From positions 1,571,145-1,635,144 of the forward strand of contig BDGG01000002.1 in NCBI GenBank assembly GCA_001949185.1: 64,000 bases of DNA, in the 5' to 3' direction. A program made the position numbers and the translations under genes. A model generated the notes under the pieces. That model made no database searches. It had not been told where the DNA came from and saw nothing but the letters and a program-made list of their open reading frames with translations. Shown piece by piece: positions 1-20,821 of the stretch; the first letter of the stretch is position 1, and each line of letters begins with the position of its first letter. Source of the DNA: Ramazzottius varieornatus (Eukaryota; Animalia; Tardigrada).

Positions 1-731
1 ATCGTACAACGGTAGGTCCATTAAGCAGTGTGACCTCAACGTCTGGGCGCCCAAAGTGGATTAGGTCATGTAGTTTTCGTACTGTGTTGTGTATGGTAAT
101 ACACGACACCGATGAGGCAGATCGAACGAACTATTTTTCGAAACTATGCAAATATTATAGACCGTTTTTCGCAATATCTTCCAAAGAAGCAACCTTCAAA
201 TGTTCTTCTCTAAGCGTCGTAAGACAAGCTTCCTGGCTCTCCAGTGTATTGCGGCAGAATAGTTCACTGAAGAATGTTATTCCTCGGTTTTTGCACGATT
301 TACAAAGCTTTTTCATATGGCTGCGGCTGGTTATCAAGAATGCCGCCCATTGACGTCATCGTAACTTCAGCTATGCAGCTCAAACATCCGTCCATCCCGG
401 CTGCTTAAGGGAAAAGGATGGCTTCCCAACACCTAACTGTGGAAGACCTGTGCATTTTGAGGTACTGTGGGCACGCAGTGGGCGGCTTAACCGCAATCCC
501 ACGCTTCCGTTCCATAATAGCTTCTTTTGGGTCCGACCTACACTCTATACCGTCAGTAGCTGCGGCATTTCTTCCTGCAATCCAGGAGGGTACATTAGGC
601 TAATCACGACGCGGTAGAGCCCGCTACTAACTTGTCTGCGATCAGAATGAGTACACCGCAACGAGAGCCCATTGGACGTATCAGTCAGGAGTTCAGCTTG
701 AAAACTTTTCCCCACTGATCAATTTACCAAG

Positions 732-9599
<8,868 letters not shown>

Positions 9600-10101
9600 C
9601 ATAGGCAATAAGCTCTGCTCTTTTCTCGACAACTTCATATGCGTGTATGAATAGTAATCGTGTATAATAGTAACCCATGAAGATTCCGTTAATGAACCGT
9701 CATATGTACATTCATTTCGCACTATTTCTTGAAATTCATCATATACGTGGCAGATTGATAGAAAAAATGTTGATCCGCAACTTGAATGCGCTCTTCTGAA
9801 GTCAACGCGTACACACATGGTTCTCACTGTACATCCCCGCACTCTGATATTCGCAATTAAGCATGTTACGGCGTGTGCGTATGAACTGTACAGCGTACAT
9901 TAATCGCACTAGACTTTGTCCAGTGATAAAATTTTTAAACGGCACATCATTCGTGAAAAATCGAGCATTCCAACAGCTGTTCGACCAGCTTTCGTGCTTT
10001 GACCACAGTCCAATTGGTTATCGGTTTGGTGCACGAGAAAACAGCGACAGCGTCGTCCTTCGTATGTTCTGACTTCAATTTCTGCAAACATCTTCCCGGA
10101 A

Positions 10102-11639
10102 ATGGAACACTCGATCTTCTTGGTGGGTAAGTTTATTCAATTTATCTTGGGAATGCTACTGAACGAATAGCGTACATGAGCCGATCAGTTATCATCGTGA
10201 GTGACAGCCACACATCCTACTTCGAATTCCGGTCCGATACTGCATCTAACGTAAGGTACGTGCTGTTGTGTCACACACAGGCGGATACCATCTGGATGCG
10301 GATGTTTGCTCTGTCAAAGTTTTTGAGCTCGACTTGCGCAACGAGCAATGGATAGAGTCGTGTGAGATCCCGAGAACGTGCACAGTAAACTGCGGGGCTT
10401 CGCTGTCCAACGGCGAGATCTACATCTTCGGAGGACATGACAGTATTTCTGGCGAAACTTCAACCTCCATCGATAGGTGTGCGATCTCCCAACCCGAATT
10501 GCCTGTATGGGTGGACGATCTAGGAGAGAATAACCCGTTGGTGTTTGCAGGTTTAACTTCGCCAATAAAAAGTGGACTGAATGGGCAAGTATCCCCAGCG
10601 TGATGTTCCTGAACAGCGTCGTGTTTGCGGAAGAAGACTCCAGTTTTTACTTTAGTGGAGACCTCACTGGGGTACGTACGTCCGGGAGTGTTCTCTGTAA
10701 TCTCATTCCAATTACCTTTTCCTCTCCAGACGACCTCAGAAAGCGGAATGCGTCGCGACACCGAAACTTTACTTCGACCATCAGCCGATGAGCTGTGGTG
10801 GAAGGACCGGCAAGGTGTGATCCATCTTACAGCACGTGACTACAATATAAGATTAATGTCCAAACAGCTCCACGATCCAGATGCATTTCAGCTGGGATCT
10901 TCCACGCTCCAGGTAGTAAGCTGTGGAGGATATCACCTGATACGCAGAAGTCCCAAGAGGTCCCTACGAAAACTACTTTGATGGACGCACCAATCACTCT
11001 CATCAGCGAAAGTTCCGTCTTCAGTTGTGGTGGATTTGACGGTTAGTAACACCAGCAACCAGAATTCGCAACCCAATGCACTCAAGCTAAGGTACTGCAG
11101 CGTAGCGTAATCTGTTGCCTATTGTAACAGAAGCCGGGACAGCTTCAGCATCGAGTTCCGTGATACACAGCCTGCATTCGGCACCCTGCACCTCCAAAAA
11201 GACTTCCGCTCTTCTGGTTCCTCGCGGATCACATGGGTTGATAAGGTGCGCGGCACATGTGTACGCTGTGGGAGGAACCTGGAGGTACGTTTGTACCCGT
11301 TGGTGAATATCGGCTGAAAAGACATTCAATAATATAAGCCAAGGGGCTCAGTACAAACGATGGATGATTTCTTCTCCGGACAGATTGGGCGGGCGCAGGT
11401 CCTTCCGTAGTTGCGAAGTGTATGATACCCACCGAAACCAGTGGTTCTTCTCTCCGAAAATGAGCCAGCCTCGTCGCAACTTCGGCCTTACAAGTCGCGG
11501 AAACCAGCTAATCGTTTTTGGTGGCTTCGATGGAGAGAAGGGGATCTTCTTCGATGGCGAGTTCCATGACGTCAGAACCGGAAGTTGGCGAAAAGGACCG
11601 GATGTTCCGAGTCTTCTATGGAATTATGCCATAGCTTGA
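10102..11639 (+). CDS. Kelch-repeat (beta-propeller) protein, no BTB domain seen
   Basis: Spliced Kelch repeats: MEHSIFLVG|GYH..W, EIYIFGGHD..FNFANKKW, VFSCGGFD, VYAVGG..CEVYDTHRNQW, LIVFGGFDG..TGSW. Central exon boundaries are approximate. Confidence 0.8.
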
Positions 11640-12144
11640 TTTCCTCCCCTCAGTCAAGCCATGACTGTCGTTTTATTTGTCGTAGTGGTTTACAGTATTA
11701 GCCGTACGAGCTTTCGGGATACGTAAATAGGTCTAGCTGTACTGTGGCGCTCGTAGTTTATCGCTCGTTCGACCACGTGAACGGCAAGATTGATGACATC
11801 CGGGTGGCTGTCTGTCAGCAGCTGATTAAGATTACACTGTGCATTGATAAATTATCACATGGTTGAGTGCGCGACAAATCAATGAGCACTACAGTCCTGA
11901 ACCTTCTATAAAGCCATGCTTCCTGTCGGAAGCTGCGCGGGGTCTTTTTCCGCACCAGAAAATGGCTAATAAGGCCAACATCGCCATCTGTAGGGGACAC
12001 ACGATTCCGGCACGGCCCTGACTTTGTGCGTTGTGCATACCGTGCGCATGGTTAAGATGTCATTCTGTCGGTTACAGAGAGCAAGAGTACGATCTTCTTC
12101 ATTTCCTGGCTCCTTCTTCTCGCAGGTTATCTTTTGTGAATACC

Positions 12145-14102
12145 ATGGGCAAGCGTGGACCAAAGTGTAAAGTGTCGGAGGACAACGTACAGAAGGCAGC
12201 GGAGCTATATCAAGCAGGACAATCCCATCGAGCCATCGCAAAAGAGCTCAACGTCTCCGAAACCAATATTCGACGCATCCTCAAGACCCACGGTATTCCT
12301 AAACGGGACCGCAAGCGCGTCACCATACTCTCATCGGAAGGAGAAATCGCCCTGGTCAATTACATCAACAGCCAGAGCGATTTTGAAGGAACATATCGAG
12401 ATCTTATTGAACTTATGAAACACTTCACAGATCAAAACGGTGAGTTAGGGCTGGCAGTGCATTGATTGGAACTAAAACTTGAAATAGGACGTATCAGCCC
12501 TGTAGTGCCAAAAGACGCAGGTGTTCACGTGGTCCTTGGATCTTTATGTTGGGTCGCGTGACATTCTGCGCCGTGTCATCTGGGTCTGAAGTCTACCATG
12601 CATTTTCGCGTAAGACAGAATTCCTTTGAATGATGTCACGCTTCGTGGGTGTTGGTGCGGTTGATTGCCTTCGTTCCGTTGCAGGTTGGAATTGTCCCTA
12701 CACGTATTCTTGGCGCGACCACTTCCGGGCCCGGCACGCTGAGCGTCTTTCAGAGAAAATGTTGAAACTTCTCAGCAAAGGGGGAGGTGGGTCAACCGGT
12801 AGCTTGGCTGTCGAGACTCTTGAAGAACTGACAGAGATTGCCAGAGCAGTGCGCGGTGCCGACGCCTTGGTCTTTCGTCAGGTAGAACCCGACTTTCCTG
12901 TCGTTGACCACTCTGTGGGTCCCAAGACTCCTAGTGTATGGAAAAAGAAAAAGATCTCACCAGTTGAACGAGCCATCAGAGAATCGAAGAAAGCATTCAT
13001 GAAAGCAGGAATGAACAAAGAGGAAGCGCTGGATTTGCTGGTCCGTCTTAAAGTTCCAGGTGAGTCTAGTATTGACAAGTGCTCAGGTCTTCCCAGATAT
13101 GTCGATAGTACATCATTTTGCTTTTACAGACGTGCTGGCGAAGGTTGTCGCGAAACAAGTTCAGGTCCAGCAGAACTCCCACCTACCGCAGGGTGCGACA
13201 AACGAAGCCAGCGCGGACGTGGTGGCAGCTGCCATGAGCAACGTCTTCGGAGAGACGCAGATGGAGCCTCATACCCTGCAGCAAATAAACCAAGTTCATC
13301 AGCAGCAGAACCTCCAAAGTTCCTCGACCGAAGGCCTCTTCGTTGTCCTCCATGAACCTGTCCCTACGCCCAGAAAGCCTGTCGCACGGAAAAACCCACA
13401 AAAGAAGAACCAAATCCAGACAAACGAACTCGGTAACACCAACACAAGTTCGTCACCAAGTTCTAATTAGTACTGCATTCAACAAGATACGTCTGGTTTT
13501 TCAGAGAAATGTTTCGCACGAAGTCCTGTCTGTGGAGACATTCGCGCCAAAAATCTGGCGGATGCTTTACAACTAACTCCGGAGCAAGTGATATACTGGT
13601 AGGTGGCTCGTCCCCACTGTTCTTGTGCGGGAGTGCGGCAAACAAACTCGACAAGATTGTCCTCTCAAGCGACGCACGTTTTCAGTTTTACAGCAAGAAA
13701 CCTTGCGCCACTTCTAGAATAATCAGTGTCGAGTTAGATTGCTGGGTACCATATTTCGAGAGGAAGGGTTACGAGGTGCTCCGCACGGAAATATCCACCG
13801 GTCGTGGAGATATCCACCGGGTCCTTACGTTATATTTCAGCGTAAATACCCGGTGGATATCTCTACGTCCGGTGGATAGTTCCGTGCCGAGCACCTCGTA
13901 ATTCGAACGGTTGTCTGACTTTGCCGTTTCTCACAGGTTTCACAATACGGCACGACAGCGAAGGAAGAAGGTTGAACCAGCGGAAGTTCTGGAGATGCAG
14001 GAAGACGCTGGTCTACCTGAGGACTTTACTCAGTTGAGCCAGGAACAGCAGCATCAGCTCTTGCTGCAGCATGTCTCTAACCCATCAGACTATGTCTTCT
14101 AA
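12145..14102 (+). CDS. Pipsqueak/CENP-B-type double-HTH protein with a C-terminal divergent homeodomain (~410 aa)
   Basis: Exons 12145-12439, 12685-13059, 13130-13432, 13505-13598 and 13937-14102 join in frame (1233 nt). N-terminal HTH SHRAIAKELNVSETNIRR; CENP-B-like LSSEGEIALVNYI...SWRDHFRARH; homeodomain QTNELEKCFARSP...LADALQLTPEQVIYWFHN. Confidence 0.8.
13770..13900. mobile_element. Palindromic mariner-like MITE in the last intron of the HTH-homeodomain gene
   Basis: TA-CGAGGTGCTCCGCACGGAA...TTCCGTGCCGAGCACCTCG-TA, with roughly 55-bp near-perfect arms and an internal TATCCACCGG repeat. Confidence 0.85.
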
Positions 14103-14211
14103 GTACTGGGGGGTCGCTTGTGGTCACTTAACTCAAACTAAGGGGTTGGAAGGTACCGTGACACTCGTTGTTTTGTGATCAGAAGCTTTCAGGATTGTTG
14201 ATTTCGTTGTT

Positions 14212-14248
14212 GTGTCGACAGGATCGATTGAGTGTCGACAGGATCGAT
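14212..14248. repeat. Short tandem duplication
   Basis: GTGTCGACAGGATCGAT occurs twice with a 20-bp period. Confidence 0.8.
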
Positions 14249-14532
14249 CTGCCATTCTTCTCGCAATTATTCAATTGAATTTCCTCGCTGTTTGCCTTCT
14301 GTCATATCCTAGTCAGCCGTAGTTCCTGTTTGCTGTAAAGTGAACGTCTCTTTCTCTGGAGAGCACTAAATGTCGCAACTAAACCGGATTCTAACTTCGT
14401 CCGGGTCGGTTTCTGATTTAAAATAAGCGTCGCTGGCTCTTCGTGACTTGCGGCAGTTGAGACTTGAGAGTAATTCTCCTTCGTCTAATCGGTCGGAAAT
14501 TTCCCTGTGATCGCAAGATTTCACGAACTAAC

Positions 14533-15078
14533 ATGGTTTATTCCATCTGCAGGGCTTTCTTGGCCGTCGCGGCCTGCATGGTTTTCTTCGCTTTCTCCGC
14601 GTTTGGTCAGACCAACACCACATCACAAGCCGCTACAACTGTCCCCATCGTGATGCTGAACACGACGTTTGCAGGCAAGTTCGATCCTCAAATTTGACTT
14701 CAATCTCGATGCTTTTTTGGTAATCTTCGCAACTACAATATTAGGACTGTAACGATACGATTCTCCTTCTCAGGTAGCAAATCGAAGTCGACCGCGGTAC
14801 CGACCATTCCGAAGGAACTCATCGTCTCCATGCCTCAAGCTCGCGAAGATGACAGCAAGGCTTCCCGACCGATCGACGTGGACTTTTCTTCGGCAATCAA
14901 CGACGACCTCGTAGCGTTAGACCAGCTTTCCAACGAAGATCCCTCCGACATTCCTCCTCCTCGCCAAGACGACCATATCTCCTGCCGCCGATTCTGTCGT
15001 CGTTTCTGTCGCGACAGCGATGACAGTCTGTCTTGCCAAGATCGATGCAAGCCTACGTGTCGTCTAGCCCGTCTATAA
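14533..15078 (+). CDS. Small secreted precursor (~148 aa): signal peptide, Thr-rich/acidic pro-region, C-terminal 6-Cys domain
   Basis: Exon 14533-14674, GC-AG intron (CAG|GCAAGT...TTCTCAG), exon 14774-15078 in frame. MVYSICRAFLAVAACMVFFAFSAFG ... CRRFCRRFCRDSDDSLSCQDRCKPTCRLARL*. Confidence 0.7.
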
Positions 15079-15127
15079 CTCGTAAACTTTGTTGTCTTAT
15101 GCCTTCACGAATGACCACCGTCTAATG

Positions 15128-15337
15128 TTACTTTAAAGTGCCAATGATGCGGGACAGTTTGGATCCTGGTGCGTGTAAAAAGACCGCGCGCATGGTGGGT
15201 GAAATATCTGGTCAACGTGTGTATCGATCAGCTGATCGCTATGACATGACACATAACAGCCAAAACGGCGCGTACCGGGGGATTCTTTACGCGGACCCGG
15301 ACCAATCTTGTCCCAATTCATTGGCACTTTAAAGTAA
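15128..15337. mobile_element. About 210-bp MITE with TTAA-containing ends (Kolobok/piggyBac-like by target)
   Basis: Perfect 20-bp IR TTACTTTAAAGTGCCAATGA (15128-15147 / 15318-15337), extending imperfectly to about 50 bp. The superfamily assignment is inference. Confidence 0.75.
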
Positions 15338-15584
15338 TCCAGGACATTTCCAGAGATTTCCGAATTTATCAAACGTCAGTTGTTTTATCACTCTTGTCAA
15401 TTTTACGCCGGTTTGTCTGTAAACAACCGTGGCGGAAACTACCAGAAAAATAAATCCCTACCGTTGAAAGAACGTAAAACTGACAGACGGGATAAAAGTC
15501 AAGGTTAACTGTGGAACATCTGGACATAGTAGAAAGAGTTGAGCACAATAGTGTGTAAGGAAAAAAACGGAATGCAGAAAATGC

Positions 15585-18358
15585 TTATTGATCGTAAGAG
15601 TTAGTAGAAAGAGATCGTTTCAGTTTCTTGGAGCCAGTCGCCACCACATGACAGACTTCCACATCAATGCCCAAATCCATCAGGAAGTCTATCCAGATTC
15701 GCTGCTTGTGTGAGAGCTGATCGTTTGGTCCTTTCACTTCTATCACTTTTATCTTTCGGCTTTGGGGATTCCACACTGTCAAGTCTGGGAAACCCGATCG
15801 AACTGATCCATAGTCGGTTGCGTACCTGCGAACAAGCTCAAGATCAGTTCACTTACAACTTCTTCGGAAACCAGTCTCACCTTTCCATCAGTTTCTCCAG
15901 CTGCTTCGGGCTGAAACACTGGACGAAACCAACGAGGTGCTCGACCGACTTGAAACGATCCCAGTTGATCAGCACTGTGTACTTATTCGTATGAGCTTCC
16001 CAAGTTTCTTTGGCGAGGTTGGCCAACTTTTCGATGGTCAGTTCAGAGATCTCTTTGAGCCTGGACTTGATTACAGCTTCGCGCGAGTTGAAAAAACTCG
16101 AGCAGGCAAGATCCAGAGGGGCCGCTTGGAAATTTGAGCGAAAAACATTAGGAACCGACTCGCAGTAAATCACATCCCAGAAAAAGATGCCGTAGAGACA
16201 GCGGAAGAGAGTTCCTTCGTCATGGACACCTGAAAGAGGCACAATGGGAAGCACTTCCGGTTGAATAGAAGCCAGGGGAGAGCCAACTGAGCCTCCGCTA
16301 CCCACTACCACGGTTTCAAGCCTAATGAACCAATCTGGCTGAGAAAACCAGACCGAACCGAGTCAACTAAAACTAAGACATTTTACGGAATTCCACTGGT
16401 TACCTTCCGGGAAGTCGTGCTTCCGGTAGTTCTCCAAGGCCAGTTCTTCGACACTTGCAGCCAGAACATCCACCTCATGCGAGAGGAACGTCGTCTTCCC
16501 TTTGCCCATCTTCTCCGTCGGGCACAGTCTTCCACAAATCTGCACCGTTGCCCCTCTCTTCACCGACATCGTGGCTTCCTTGCACTTGTCCACTTCCTTC
16601 CTGGTGGCAGCGGACAGCTGTTTTACTGATCTCCTTAGCCTATCACACAGCTCTAGCCGTTGATAGGGTCTCAAGCACGGATCTCTGATGCCTTTCAGCA
16701 GCATCTTGGCTGAAGCGTCGGGTCGTTTGTCCAGACGAAGAAGAAGGATGGTCACACGGTTGTACCATTTGCCTCGGTGGTGTGGAACGTAGACTTCTTG
16801 ATCTAACAGCTGCATGTATCCGTTCAAGGCATCGCTCTTATCCCCTAACCTCTCCAAACATTCTAACCCTATCTCGAGAACTTTCGTATAATGGTAACCT
16901 GCTGAGAAGCGTCGTTTGTAAGGTGGAAGTGCGCTCATCTCTTTAGTCAGTTTTTCGTCGTCGACGAGCTTTTCCCAGACTGGGAGTGTTTTGTAGTACA
17001 AAACTTTTCCTTTCTCGTACCTACTTCTCTCGAAAGACGTGAAGGCTTCATCGAGAGCTTCTCGAGCTGCTTCGAAGGCCAGAAAGGCGTCGAGAGAGGG
17101 GAAGAGCTTGTCATCGAAGTGGACTTTGAACGTGGGGAATGTCAGGTTATCGATGTGAAGTTGCAGGAGACCGAAGATGGGATTCTGCCCGATGATGGTG
17201 GAAAATCCAGCTGTGGCCTGGAAGAGCGATAGGAAGTGAAGGAAGACTTGTCTTCGCTTTGGCTCAACCCTGCAAAGAGAAGGAACACGCCAAGCTACCA
17301 ACGGTCACTTCCGGCGGGAAGTACGCCCACCGGCCGTTGCATTCAATGCGGGGCTAAAGGTTTCCTACGCCCTGCGCACCTACAGTGTAGGCAAATAAGG
17401 TACTCTAAGAGGGGCAAGGCCAGAATCGACGTGACGTAGAAGCAAACAGCTGATCAAGCTGCAATCCAGAGACGTGAACTGCCGCTTGATCTGCTGATTA
17501 CTTGGAGCCGGAGTTTCTACGTCACTTGTCGAAAACTCGATTTTGGCCCTCCCCCTTTTAGAGTAACTTAATTGCCCACACTGTACCCCTATCCCGCTTG
17601 ATAGAACAAAAGCGCGACCACGTCACAAAAATCAGCTGTTCAATCAAATTATTTGATCACGCAGAGGTGTTTTAGCCGAAAAAAAGTCGCAGAAGTGTTT
17701 TATCGGAGCAGATTTTCCCAGAGGTAATGAAGCTTTGTACACGATGTACAGCAACGCCTGCAGATCGAACTTACCGGTGAATATTGGTGAGCATTTCAGC
17801 CGCTTTCCTGTGAATAATTTCTCGAAGAGGCACTCCAAACGGCGTTCTCTGCTCCTTAACTTTCTTCATCAGCAGTTTGACGATCTCTTCCCTGCTCGAC
17901 ACACTCGTTCCCACTTTAAAACTCTTTGACAGGTCCTTCAACTGCGCTAGTGAGAGCATCCCCAGCAGCTGATCCAAAGAGGTACGTGGTAGGTTTCGCT
18001 CAAGGAAGCCAGCTTCCACCAGCGACTTGAGCAGCCCGTTCAACGCTTCAGTCCCACCAAACTCCGTCTCGTATCGCATCCGCTCTCGCCTGATCCACGC
18101 GTGCTTGCGTAGGAAAAGTCTAACGTATAGACGTTGAAGGGATGTGTCAAGCTGTTCGAAGGTTTGGACAGTGGATGAGAAGACAGGATCACCTTCAAAG
18201 ATGTGCTGGAAGCTGCTGTCCTTAAGAGTGTTCCGTATGATCCAGACAAAGTTTTCCAAGTAGTATGGTAGCTTGATTGCTGGATCGTCGGAGAGGTCGT
18301 CCACTGTGGCTTGTCCTTCCCACGAAGCGTCAATCTCGATAATTCCGATATCTCCCAT
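15585..18358 (-). CDS. FAN1: Fanconi-associated nuclease 1 (~679 aa)
   Basis: Exons 18358-17775, 17269-16404, 16229-15881, 15825-15585. Motifs [19 protein letters not shown]-like [44 protein letters not shown], and [32 protein letters not shown]. Confidence 0.95.
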
Positions 18359-18976
18359 CGCATCGCATTGACACAAGCTCCTAGATTAACCGGCTTAGAT
18401 CCTCAACCTGCAGCCAGAACAGTCCGAGCACAGCGAGCTTGAAACCAACGAAGCAGCAGGAAGATCGAAGAAAGATCGGAGAAAAACCACATCAATCGCT
18501 TGCTTGTCGTTTCCACTTTCCACTAGAGAAAGAGCAGTTACAGCTCCACTTTACGCAACTCGAACTATCAAGTCAATCAAGTCGTACTTCACCATTTCAT
18601 TTATAATGGGAATTCCAGTCCGAGTCTAATCGCCGGATTTCCACTTGCAGAGTTTACTCGTACTAAGTGCAGAGGCAGGAAGTTCTCCTCGGAATGCCTC
18701 AACGCTCTTCTCTCAAGGACCTCAATGTTGGTTTCCGATCGCTTTTACTTCATCCGAAGTGATCCAAACCCTTCCAAAGTTCCGTGTTGCTTGTGGTCAA
18801 ATTTTTCGTTGAAGAAAAACGTACCCCCGTATAGAAGAGGACTTAGAAAAGCAGGAAACGGTTGGCATAAAACTGTATTAAATAATTTCCGGCCAGATCA
18901 TCGTCCAAGAAATTCGGTTTCCAAAACTGTTCGCAAAACGACATTCAATGACAACGAAAAGATATAATGCAGTCAC

Positions 18977-20135
18977 TTAAATGAAAAAGAACTCGTTAAA
19001 CTGTTCTCTTTCGTCCTCGGGAATGATTTTCCAGTTGGGCGAAGGTTTGTTCGCCACGATGTAGTTAAAGTCCTCCACCTTCTTCCACCTTTCGTTCTCT
19101 TCCCGCGACAACCCGGCCTCTTTAAAGTCCTCTTCTATACGGGGGTACGTCACGTTATACGGTCCAAACTGACAGTCTGTAGTGTCTTCAATGATACAGC
19201 CGCTGGACTGCTGATAAACCTTCAGATGATGCGACTCGTGGATGCGCACCTGCTGACATGCCACACTGAAGGTACACTGCGAGCAGGCTGTCACGAACAC
19301 CGAGGTTCTCACCGGACCAGAAATCACCGTACAGTTTGTCAAATCTTTCAGCTGAAGGGTTGAACAAGGACCTTCCAAGAATATTCTACAGGAATGTAAC
19401 TTGCTGAGAAGTACGTCCTTGTCTTTCAGCGCGACTCGATCCAGTCGAGTTACTTCGTCTGCCTGATTCGACCATTTGAGCTTCTTCTCGTCTTGCCTGA
19501 TGTCACCACGCAGTTCCATATCGGGGGAAATAAGCAGCGCGGATTTGTCGACTTGGTCAAGAGACCCAACTGAAGGAAATGTAAAACAACTCATACATGT
19601 TACGGTCTTCATCAACCCCCATTAGTTGCATCACCAGTCACCACTACACATGACGAACTAGCATGAACTGTGACGCCATGCGCGGCAGAACAATTTCGTT
19701 ACTGTATTACTTTTGAGTTTAAACCATCTTACTTTTCTGGTCAACGATTGGCCTGGCTTTCGACAGGTTCCTTCGGAAAGAGAACCCTTTATCTGCAGCC
19801 ATGACGCTCCTCTTCTCAGCTAGTGTCCGGCTGGCAGAGCTCAAACGGGATTGTAGAAGACGTTGCTCGAAGGCAGGAAGGTATTCAGCCGCGTCGCCAA
19901 AGGTGCGCTCCAAGTCTTGCAGCTTCTTGCTCGCGTCTTGGCACATCACTTCTCGTTTATCCATTGTCAGATCCAGCGAGGAAAGTTCTTTGAGCGATAT
20001 TTCGATCTGCGTCAGTTCATCCTTCACCGATTGTACGACATGGGACACGACGGTGCGCTTGGAAGGCTGGGAGAGATCATCCATGACGACTACGCGATGC
20101 TGGTCATCCGCTGCAGGTTTCCCGTTCTGCTCCAT
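18977..20135 (-). CDS. TBCC: Tubulin-specific chaperone C (~331 aa)
   Basis: Exons 20135-19733 and 19569-18977. N-terminal helical bundle (YLPAFEQR, KGFSFRR) and CARP domain (GPVRTSVFV, ACQQVRIHES, IIED, FGPYN, WKKVEDFNY..KPSPNW). Confidence 0.93.
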
Positions 20136-20821
20136 TATTATGTCCACCTGAAGCACAGAAGTATCGTTGCGCACGAAAGGAACGACTGTCTATCGGCTTT
20201 TGCCAACAAAAATTGGCCAGAAAATACTGAAGGTCTGAACTCTGAAAAGCGAAGAGAAGCACCGATGAGCTTCTAAACCGAGCACTGCTGAGTTGATTGA
20301 CAATTAATACTGGGCTGCTCGGTTTAGCAGCTCGACAGTCGACAGTGGACACAACCAGCGATGTTTGCCCAGTGAATTGTCCAAAACACGGAACGGCTTC
20401 GCGACATCAAGTCCAGCCCAACTTGGGAACGGCATTCAGTCGATCACTATTCTACATATAAAAATTACCGTTCCTAATGTTATTCGAACAGGAGGTCTCC
20501 TGTTCAGCAGAGGTAGGGTTGCGCACTGATGACAAGACTGCCCGTTGGACCGGTTCTCGGCAGGTCGTAAGTAACACTTTCGTAATTTCTGATATTAGGC
20601 TGAGTAAATCACCCGTGGCCCGTCCATCGCTGGACACGACTCGTTTTATTTTGAAGTTTCCACTTTTCTTGCTCGTTTCTGCAGGATTTGTCCCACGTCA
20701 AGCCACTTCCAGTGTGGCTGAAGATGTTGGGCTGTTTTCGAATTCACGAAACCGGAAGCTGAAAGGTCCCTCGTCTGTTCGGGGTGGAATACGGGAAGCA
20801 CCCACGCAGCCGTGATTTAGA

